This document shows positions 35,500 through 42,078 of a DNA stretch of 42,078 nt, one piece after another. A program made the translations under genes and the position numbers. The notes under the pieces are model-generated. The model worked only from the letters and a program-made list of their open reading frames with translations. It searched no databases and had not been told where the DNA came from. Numbering within the stretch: the first letter of the stretch is position 1; each line of letters begins with the position of its first letter. This DNA is from Thermoplasmata archaeon (GTDB lineage Archaea; Thermoplasmatota; SW-10-69-26; JACQPN01; JAJPHT01). Location: NCBI GenBank assembly GCA_034667685.1, contig JAXDQU010000068.1, forward strand, positions 1-42,078. Reading direction: 5' to 3'.

Positions 35500-36152
35500 G
35501 GCGATAGCAAGACCTCCCGGCTCGTGGAGGAGGCGCCGTCGAACACGACCTTGCCCTGCTCCCAGCGCGCGCGCCCGCTCGCGAGGAGCTGCACGCTGGC
35601 GGGGTAGATGGCGTGCTCGGCGTCGCGGATCCGCAGGCGCACGTCCTCCGCGCTGGCGCCGGGCGGGATCGCGACGGCCGCCTGCATGAGGATCGGCCCG
35701 CCATCCACGGTCTCGGTGACGAAGTGCGTCGTGCACCCCGCGATGCGGACGCCCGCCGCGTGCGCCTGCTGCTGCGCCTCCAGCCCGGGGAACACGGGCA
35801 GGAGGCTCGGGTGGATGTTCAGGAGGCGGCCCGGATGGCGCCGGATGAAGGCGGGCGTCAGGATGCGCATGTAGCCCGCGAGCAGCACGAGGTCGGGCGC
35901 CGCGCGCGAGAGGGCCTCGTCGAGCTGGCGCTCGTGCTCCTCGCGCGTCAGGCCCGCGCTGGGGAGCACGGCGACCGGCACGTCGGCGGCGCGGGCGATG
36001 GCGACGGCGGGCGCCTCGGCGCGGTTGCTCGCGACGAGGATGATATCAGCGTCCATCCTTCCCTCGCGCGAGGCGCGCAGGAGGTTCTCGAGGTTCGTGC
36101 CGCGTCCCGACACGAGCACCGCGAGGCGGAGGCGGGGCATCGCGCGCGCCAT
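35496..36152 (-). CDS. purN: Phosphoribosylglycinamide formyltransferase
   Basis: SGRGTNL, LAGYMRIL, NIHPSLLP, DGGPI; start may be 36140. Confidence 0.96.
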   Translation of the reverse strand: MARAMPRLRLAVLVSGRGTNLENLLRASREGRMDADIILVASNRAEAPAVAIARAADVPVAVLPSAGLTREEHERQLDEALSRAAPDLVLLAGYMRILTPAFIRRHPGRLLNIHPSLLPVFPGLEAQQQAHAAGVRIAGCTTHFVTETVDGGPILMQAAVAIPPGASAEDVRLRIRDAEHAIYPASVQLLASGRARWEQGKVVFDGASSTSREVLLSP

Positions 36153-36443
36153 TCATGCCACGCTGATTAGCGTTTTGGCCTCGACCGGCGCACTGCACAT
36201 CGGCCCGATCGTCTCGCGGAAGCGCTTGCGCCAGGCGGTGCCGTCGTGGTACTGCGCGGCGCTGGGGACGCGGAACGCCATCACGAGCGCGAAGCGCGTC
36301 GGGTGGTCGCTCTCCTGGAGCGCCTCGAAGCGCGCCGTGCCCCCCTCCTTGCGCCCGACCTCGTCGGCGAACGCGAGGACGGCCTTCTTCGCCGCGTCGA
36401 GCGACTCCTTGCGGACCTCGAACGTCTCGATCCTCGTCATCAT
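36153..36443 (-). CDS. Antibiotic biosynthesis monooxygenase-like (ABM) protein
   Basis: Size and the KEGGTARF...DHPTRF...H pattern. Confidence 0.7.
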   Translation of the reverse strand: MMTRIETFEVRKESLDAAKKAVLAFADEVGRKEGGTARFEALQESDHPTRFALVMAFRVPSAAQYHDGTAWRKRFRETIGPMCSAPVEAKTLISVA

Positions 36444-37576
36444 CGGCGGCGCATGCGCGGCTTCGCGCTTAGCATCGGCGCCATGCCCCACGCCGCGACC
36501 AGCAGCGCCACGATCTCCACCGCGACGCCGGGGAACGCGCTGCGGTCATACTGCGCGGCGGGCGCGACCAGGAAGAGTCCCGTGATGAGGAGGCCGGCGG
36601 CCCAGCGCGCCCATCGCGTGGGGCGCGGCTCGCCTTCGAAGAGCAGCGGGCCGGCGGCGAGCGCGAGGGCGAGGAGGAGCGCGGCGGCGAGGGCGAGGGT
36701 CAGGTCGAGCGCGACGCCGGTGAGCGGGCCGGGCCGGCCGCCGAGCATCGCGACGAAGACGAGCGCGGCGCAGAGGATGGCGAGCGCGGCGGCGGCGCCC
36801 AGCGCGGGGCGGACGCCGGCGAAGCGCGGCGCGAGGCCGGGGAGCCGCACGCGCAGCAGGGCGACGAGCGCGAGCACGATGCCCGCCGCGAGCGCGGTGG
36901 CGGGCCAGCGGAAGTCACGCGCGAGCGGATCGGCGTAGGCGAACGCGAGCCCCGCGGCGCCCAGCGCGCCCAGGCCCAGCCCGGCGCCCAGGATCGTGGC
37001 GCCCGAGAGCGGCTGGCCGGCGAGGCGCGGGAGCACGAGCGCGAGGCCGCCCACGAGCGTCGGGAGCAGCGCGAGAGACGCGAGCAGCGCCAGCGCCGAG
37101 GTGGGCACGTCGCGCGGCGGGACGAGGAAAAGGAGGCCGGCGGCCAGCGCGCCCACCGCGCCCAGTGCCATCGCACCCGCGGCCAGGCGGTCGCCGACGC
37201 GGTGGGCCTCGGGCTCCGGCTCGCCCGCGTAGGCGCGTCCGCGCAGGAGCGCCGCGGGCAGGTGCGCGACGAGGAGCAGCAGCGCGATGCCTGCGAGCGC
37301 CAGCGACCAGGCGCGCGAGAGCAGGGCCGCGGCGTCGCTGGCGAGCGCGCACGCGACGGCCAGCTCGCCCAGGATCGGCACGTCGGTCTCGCGGCGCAGG
37401 AGCGGCGGCGCGAGGCCCAGCGCGAGCCCGCCCGCCCCCAGCGCGAGGGCCAGCCCCAGCGCGACGGCGTGCGCGCTCGCGGGCAAGGCAAGGTTCCCAG
37501 AAGCGGTGGCCGCCGCCATGCCCAGGCCGATCGCCGCTTGCAGCGCGGCCAGGACGAGCCAGCGGGCGGCGCGCAT
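36440..37576 (-). CDS. Multi-pass membrane protein
   Basis: About 12 hydrophobic segments; operon-like overlap and spacing. Confidence 0.7.
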   Translation of the reverse strand: MRAARWLVLAALQAAIGLGMAAATASGNLALPASAHAVALGLALALGAGGLALGLAPPLLRRETDVPILGELAVACALASDAAALLSRAWSLALAGIALLLLVAHLPAALLRGRAYAGEPEPEAHRVGDRLAAGAMALGAVGALAAGLLFLVPPRDVPTSALALLASLALLPTLVGGLALVLPRLAGQPLSGATILGAGLGLGALGAAGLAFAYADPLARDFRWPATALAAGIVLALVALLRVRLPGLAPRFAGVRPALGAAAALAILCAALVFVAMLGGRPGPLTGVALDLTLALAAALLLALALAAGPLLFEGEPRPTRWARWAAGLLITGLFLVAPAAQYDRSAFPGVAVEIVALLVAAWGMAPMLSAKPRMRRR

Positions 37577-37580
37577 GATA

Positions 37581-37811
37581 TCAGACGGTCTCGACGGCCT
37601 GGACTTCGGGCACGAGCGACTTCAGCGTGCGCTCGACGCCCAGGCTCATCGTCATCGTGCTCATGTGGCAGCCGTCGCACGCGCCCGAGAGCGCGACGCG
37701 CACGAGCCCTTCCGTCTCGCGCCATTCCACGAGGTGGATGTCGCCCCCGTCCATCTGCATCGCGGGGCGGATGCGCTCCAGGGCCGCCGTGATCCGATCC
37801 AGCGTGGTCAT
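37581..37811 (-). CDS. NifU/Nfu family Fe-S carrier
   Basis: IRPAMQMDGGD...GACDGC...GVERTL. Confidence 0.92.
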   Translation of the reverse strand: MTTLDRITAALERIRPAMQMDGGDIHLVEWRETEGLVRVALSGACDGCHMSTMTMSLGVERTLKSLVPEVQAVETV

Positions 37812-37840
37812 GCCTGGCGCTTGCGAGACGGTCCCCGGTG

Positions 37841-38368
37841 TTAAGGCTTTCCCGGGCCCGGCTTGGGGCGCACGACCTTGCCGCGGGCCGAGGGCTCGAC
37901 CTCGATCTCGCCCACGAACTGCTTGGAGAATGCCGCGTCGCCCTGGAGGGAGTAGAGGAAGAGCGCGAGCGCCGCGACCTCGCTGTGGGGCTGGTTGCCG
38001 ACGGCCACGTTGAAGTCGACCAGCTCGTAGACGTCGCGCGGCACCTTCTCGGCGCCCACGACCACGAGAAGGTCCTTGTCCTTCGGCACCTGCGGGACGA
38101 CCTCCTGCATCGGGAGGCCATACATCGTCAGGTGGACCTTCGTGCCCTGGAAATTCTTCAGCAGCGGCCGGTAGGGCACGCCGCTCTCGATGGTGAACGG
38201 CCCGCCGAAGCGCTTCACGACGTCGTTGACGCCCTCGACCACGCGGTCGTCGCGCTCGGTCACGACGACGCGCTCGCACCCCAGCGCGCGGGCCGTGAGG
38301 CAGACGTGCGTCGTGATGCGCTTGTCGCGCTCCGGGCGGTGGCCCAGGCGCAGGACCGTGATGTTCAA
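37841..38368 (-). CDS. trm56: tRNA (cytidine(56)-2'-O)-methyltransferase
   Basis: LRLGHRPERDKRITTHV, HLTMYG, VGAEKVP, NQPHSEV; TTG start inferred. Confidence 0.96.
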   Translation of the reverse strand: MNITVLRLGHRPERDKRITTHVCLTARALGCERVVVTERDDRVVEGVNDVVKRFGGPFTIESGVPYRPLLKNFQGTKVHLTMYGLPMQEVVPQVPKDKDLLVVVGAEKVPRDVYELVDFNVAVGNQPHSEVAALALFLYSLQGDAAFSKQFVGEIEVEPSARGKVVRPKPGPGKP

Positions 38369-38433
38369 CGCCTGCGCGAGCCCACGGCGCGTGAAAAGCG
38401 TTTGCTTCCCCAGGGACGCCAAGCGCACGCAGG

Positions 38434-38511
38434 AACACGAAGAGCACGAAGCCACGAAGAGCACGAACGACACAGACCTTCGTGTCTTCGTGCCTTGGTG
38501 CTCTTCGTGTT
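38434..38511. repeat. CACGAAG-unit inverted repeat (copy 3)
   Basis: aacacgaagagcacgaagccacgaagagcacgaa...cttcgtg...ctcttcgtgtt. Confidence 0.9.
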
Positions 38512-38529
38512 GGATCGCGACGGCGGTCC

Positions 38530-39021
38530 CTACTCCAGCTTCTTGACGAGGTGCCCCTTGAATTCCAGGCGCGAGGAGCGCTTCAGCAGGGACTTCAGCC
38601 GGATCAGGGGCATGTTGAACTTCTCGGCGATGGCGCGCGCGGAGAAGCCCTCGGCGGGGACGAGGCCGGAGAGCTCCTTGTCGATGCCGTCGAATTTCTC
38701 GTCGGCCATCGCGGCGACGCTGAGGATCTCGGCGATCTCCTGGACCGAGGCGCTCGTGTTGATGTGGAACGCGGTGTAGTAGGAGTGGAAGGCCTTCTCG
38801 GTCTTGCCCTCGACGACCTCCCAGCGCGTCTCGACGAGCTTCGTCTTCTCGAAGAGGGCGAGCGCGTCGAGGCCGGGCTTGCCGAACTCCTTCTCGATGG
38901 CGTTCGCGGTGAGCCAGCCGTCGATCAGGCGCTGGAACACGTCGCGCTTGACGTCCGAATCGAAGGCCCGGAGGATGGGCACGAGGTCCGTGGACTCGGA
39001 CACCACTTTGATTCGGCGCAT
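38530..39021 (-). CDS. Archaeal ArsR-like transcriptional regulator
   Basis: RIKVV...LVPILRAFD...KLVETRW...FHSYY. Confidence 0.82.
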   Translation of the reverse strand: MRRIKVVSESTDLVPILRAFDSDVKRDVFQRLIDGWLTANAIEKEFGKPGLDALALFEKTKLVETRWEVVEGKTEKAFHSYYTAFHINTSASVQEIAEILSVAAMADEKFDGIDKELSGLVPAEGFSARAIAEKFNMPLIRLKSLLKRSSRLEFKGHLVKKLE

Positions 39022-39073
39022 CGTGAAACGATGTGGGTCGTTCGGCTTAAAGCTTCTTAGTTTCGAACTCCGT

Positions 39074-39190
39074 GGCGGAGGAGCAGATTCTCTCGGGGAA
39101 ATCGCAGCGGCTCGGCCTGACAAGGAGTGTCACTGGGGTGCGCGCTGCGGCCGCGATAGCATTCCGGCCCTTCCCCCTCCAGCCACCGCC
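39074..39190 (+). ncRNA. Candidate rod-like small RNA
   Basis: End-to-end pairing; TATA-like AT patch at 39046-39063; no ORF. Confidence 0.4.
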
Positions 39191-39192
39191 GC

Positions 39193-39870
39193 TCAGCGCT
39201 GCCCGATCTCGATGCGCACCGTGACCTCGGTGCCGTCGGAGAGGTCGAGCTTCTCGCGCAGGAAGTGGGGCGAGACCAGCTCGATGACGTGCGTGTGGTG
39301 GCTGCGCAGCGGGAAGATGGCCGCCGCCTCGACGCCGTTGAGCTCCGCGCGGAAGCACTTCACCGCGCCGAAGGTGCGCCCCTCGGCCTGGAACTCCTGG
39401 ATCATGAGCCCCTCCAGGTCCTTGACCTCGGCGACCTTCTCGCGGTCGAGCGGCTCCACCTCGACGTTGAGCGTGCCCGGGTAGGGGTCGAAGCCCAGGA
39501 GCTTCCCGAAGGCCTTGCGGTACCCGTCGCGGCCGATGTAGTACTTGCCCTCGCCCAGGCCCGTCGCGACGCGGCCGCGGACGCTGACGCCCTCCCCGCT
39601 CTGGAAGAGGGCGCGGTAGTCCGCGTACTCGCGGCGCAATACGTCGACGCCCGTGGGCGAGAGGCGGATGAGCTGCTTGCGCGTGCCCATGCGGCGCACG
39701 ATGAGCCCCGCTTCGAGAAGCTCCAGGATCTTGCGGGAGGCCGTCTGCTGGGAGACGCCGAGCTTCCCGGCCAGCTCGCCGCTCGACGTGTAGACGTAGT
39801 CGTGCAGGCCGCCGATCTTGGCGAGCTGCTTGAGGAGCTCCTTGTCCTCGGGCGCGGCGCCTGCGGGCAT
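39193..39870 (-). CDS. ribK: HTH plus CTP-dependent riboflavin kinase (RbkR-like)
   Basis: LGVSQQTASR HTH; GLGEGKYY, PYPGTLN, IELVSPHFLR. Confidence 0.94.
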   Translation of the reverse strand: MPAGAAPEDKELLKQLAKIGGLHDYVYTSSGELAGKLGVSQQTASRKILELLEAGLIVRRMGTRKQLIRLSPTGVDVLRREYADYRALFQSGEGVSVRGRVATGLGEGKYYIGRDGYRKAFGKLLGFDPYPGTLNVEVEPLDREKVAEVKDLEGLMIQEFQAEGRTFGAVKCFRAELNGVEAAAIFPLRSHHTHVIELVSPHFLREKLDLSDGTEVTVRIEIGQR

Positions 39871-39970
39871 GGTCGCGTGCGCATCGCGGCTCCCGTTCTT
39901 GAGCCTAGGCCCCCGGGCGGCGGAGCCGAGCGAAGCGCTGATGCCGGAGCGCCCGGCTCCACCGGCCGTG

Positions 39971-40645
39971 ATGCGCGCCGTCGTCCTGCTCTCGGGCGGC
40001 CTGGATTCCACCGTCGCCGCCGCCCTGGCCCAGGAGCGGGGCTTCGAGCTGCACGCCGTCTCGTTCGACTACGGCCAGCGCCACGTCCGCGAGCTGGAGA
40101 GCGCGCGGGCCGTCGCGAAGGCGCTGCACGCGCGCTCGCACTCGGTGCTCAAGGTGCCCATCGGCGACTATGGCGGCAGCGCGCTCACCGACCACGGCGT
40201 CGCGGTGCCCACGGGCCGCGACGAGCGCCAGATGGGCGGCGACATCCCGGTCACGTACGTCCCCGCGCGCAACATCGTCTTCCTCTCGCTGGCGCTGGGC
40301 GTCGCGGAGGTCAAGGACGCGGACGCGATCTTCATCGGCGCCAACGCGCTCGACTACTCCGGCTACCCCGACTGCCGCCCCGAGTTCTTCGAGGCCTTCG
40401 AGGAGATGGCGCGCCGCGGCACCAAGCGCGGCGTGGAAGGCAAGCCCATCAAGATCGAGGTCCCGCTCCAGCACATGACGAAGGCCGACATCGTGCGCGA
40501 GGGCCTGCGCGTGAAGGCGCCGCTCGCGCTCACGTGGTCGTGCTATCAGGGCGGCGCCGTCGCGTGCGGCGTCTGCGACTCGTGCGTGCTGCGCCTCAAG
40601 GGATTCCGCGAGGCAGGCGTCAAGGACCCCGTGCCGTACGCATAG
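39971..40645 (+). CDS. queC: 7-cyano-7-deazaguanine synthase
   Basis: SGGLDS, YGQRH, YVPARN, YPDCR, WSCY...CGVCDSC. Confidence 0.97.
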   Translation: MRAVVLLSGGLDSTVAAALAQERGFELHAVSFDYGQRHVRELESARAVAKALHARSHSVLKVPIGDYGGSALTDHGVAVPTGRDERQMGGDIPVTYVPARNIVFLSLALGVAEVKDADAIFIGANALDYSGYPDCRPEFFEAFEEMARRGTKRGVEGKPIKIEVPLQHMTKADIVREGLRVKAPLALTWSCYQGGAVACGVCDSCVLRLKGFREAGVKDPVPYA

Positions 40646-40650
40646 CCCCC

Positions 40651-40697
40651 CTCTTCCCCCAGTTCCCGTCTTCCCGTCTTCCCTCGCTTCCCTTCGC
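40651..40697. repeat. Periodic TTCCC-based repeat after queC, possibly also a terminator
   Basis: Same family as positions 3-38. Confidence 0.7.
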
Positions 40698-40754
40698 GCT
40701 CTGGCCCCCAAAGAATGCCCGGAGGCTATGATCCGGCGGCGCCATGAGGGCCCG

Positions 40755-41354
40755 ATGACCGAGACGGCGGAGATGTCGCCCCTGGACGCGGCCCGCGTGC
40801 TGGCGAAGGCGCGCGACTACGAGGAGGACCTGCGCGCCCGGACGGCTGGGATCACGTGGATGATCTGGGGCTTCGCGACGTGCGGCATCTTCCTCACGTA
40901 CGGCTTCTTCAGCGTCGCGGACGCCCAGGGCTGGTGGACAAGCTTCCTCTGGGCGCCCTGGATCGCGGCGGGCATCCTCGCGACGAACGCCCTCTGGCGC
41001 TCCGCCTCCCTGGCGATGCCCTCGCTGCGCACGTTGGACGCGCGCTCCTTCTGGCTCCGCTTCGCGCTCATCACGCTCGCCTACACGCTGCTGCTCTTCT
41101 TCGTCCACGTCACGGGCCCCGCGCAGGCGCTCGTCTTCATGGGCGTCAGCTACGGCGCGATGACGCTCCTGGGCTTCATGAGCCCGCGGCGCAGGATCCA
41201 GCCGCTGGGCTTCGTGGTGGGGCTGCTCACGGGCGGCATCGGCCTCGCGCTGATCCTCGCCGCGCCGGGCATCGAGGTCGAGTCGGTGGTCTCCATCGCG
41301 GCCTCGGGGCTCGTGCCCTTCGCCGCCGGCCTCTACCAGACGCACCGCGGGTGA
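40755..41354 (+). CDS. Multi-pass membrane protein
   Basis: About six TM segments; upstream of wHTH and ABC genes. Confidence 0.8.
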   Translation: MTETAEMSPLDAARVLAKARDYEEDLRARTAGITWMIWGFATCGIFLTYGFFSVADAQGWWTSFLWAPWIAAGILATNALWRSASLAMPSLRTLDARSFWLRFALITLAYTLLLFFVHVTGPAQALVFMGVSYGAMTLLGFMSPRRRIQPLGFVVGLLTGGIGLALILAAPGIEVESVVSIAASGLVPFAAGLYQTHRG

Positions 41355-41360
41355 TGCGCC

Positions 41361-41693
41361 ATGCTCGATCCGGTGATCCACCAGGCCACGCGCCTGCGGA
41401 TCATGGCCGCGCTCCAGCGCAACCGCGAGGCCTCCTTCACGGGCCTCCGGGACGCGCTCGGCCTCACCGACGGCAACCTGGCCAGCCACGCGACCGCGCT
41501 GGAGAAGGCGGGTTATCTGGAGAGCCGCCGCGTCCTGAGCGCGCTCCACTTCGAGCTGCGCTACCGCATCACGCCCAAGGGCGACGCCGCGTTCCGGGCG
41601 TACGCGGAGGAATTGCTGGCGCTGCTGGGCCACGAGGGCGGAGGACCCCGGCCGAACGCCGACTCCGCAACGTTCATGCCCGACCCCTCGTAA
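41361..41693 (+). CDS. MarR-like winged-helix regulator (HTH_34-like)
   Basis: [17 protein letters not shown]...LTDGNLASH...LEKAGY. Confidence 0.9.
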   Translation: MLDPVIHQATRLRIMAALQRNREASFTGLRDALGLTDGNLASHATALEKAGYLESRRVLSALHFELRYRITPKGDAAFRAYAEELLALLGHEGGGPRPNADSATFMPDPS

Positions 41694-41701
41694 GCGCGCC
41701 C

Positions 41702-42078
41702 GTGCCCCTGTTCCGCCGCCGCCAGGCCGCCGTCCTCGACGAGCCTGAGCAGCCCGACGCGCCCATGGTGGAAGCGCGCGGCGTCGTGAAGACGTACCGG
41801 AGCGGCGCGCTGGAGGTGCCGGCGCTGCGCGGCGTGGACCTCGTGATCCGCCGCGGCGAGATGGTGGCCGTGATGGGCCCGTCGGGGTGCGGGAAGACGA
41901 CGCTGCTCAACTGCCTCTCCGGGCTCGACGACGTCGAGGGCGGGAGCGTCAAGATCGCGGGGCGCGAGATCACGACGATGGACGACGCGCGGCGCACCGG
42001 CTTCCGCGCGCGCAGCATGGGCTTCATCTTCCAGAGCTACAACCTGCTCCCGGTGCTCACCGCCGCGGAGAACGTCGA
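41702..42078 (+). CDS. ABC transporter ATP-binding protein, LolD/MacB-like (partial, runs off the window)
   Basis: ALRGVDL, Walker [20 protein letters not shown]. Confidence 0.92.
   Translation, partial: MPLFRRRQAAVLDEPEQPDAPMVEARGVVKTYRSGALEVPALRGVDLVIRRGEMVAVMGPSGCGKTTLLNCLSGLDDVEGGSVKIAGREITTMDDARRTGFRARSMGFIFQSYNLLPVLTAAENV

Noticed and set aside
39074-39190. tRNA or FMN riboswitch near ribK
   Set aside because: No T-loop or cloverleaf, no RFN consensus, and it lies downstream of ribK
39922-39960. GAGCGAAGCG within a hairpin upstream of queC as a third cassette
   Set aside because: Not at a stop codon, and no antisense arm or duplicated gene end

Overview
Very GC-rich archaeal chromosomal segment. 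Archaeal markers are PCNA, TFS, Trm56, CTP-dependent riboflavin kinase, DUF531, DUF2240, DUF99, PGI/PMI and an archaeal-type TyrRS. The proteins are not acidic and PPAT is fused to YjjX, so a non-halophilic Thermoplasmatota-like lineage is my inference. The window is mostly housekeeping: purH, purN-folC-folP-folB, queC, birA, rhodanese, tRNA-Thr(CGT), a multi-GAF/PAS histidine kinase, a VapBC pair and many predicted lipoproteins. No CRISPR array, rRNA, transposase or integrase was seen. The most unusual signal is a small cassette with the same architecture at the 3' ends of two unrelated core genes, PCNA and TFS. In gene sense it reads: gene end, TGAGCGWAGCGAA loop, gene-specific antisense arm, AGGCCGAA...TTCGGYCG hairpin, then a second synonymous copy of the gene end closing in TAG. 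At TFS a GIY-YIG nuclease ORF starts inside the second copy, and tRNA-Thr also carries a duplicated 3' end. Other notable items: a ~110-aa AT-richer in-frame insertion just before KMSKS in TyrRS, a circularly permuted cupredoxin, several periodic palindromic intergenic repeat families, two candidate structured ncRNAs, tandem RHH genes with identical leaders, and two frameshifted surface-protein genes. Start codons are my picks, and all family calls come from motif recognition rather than database searches.
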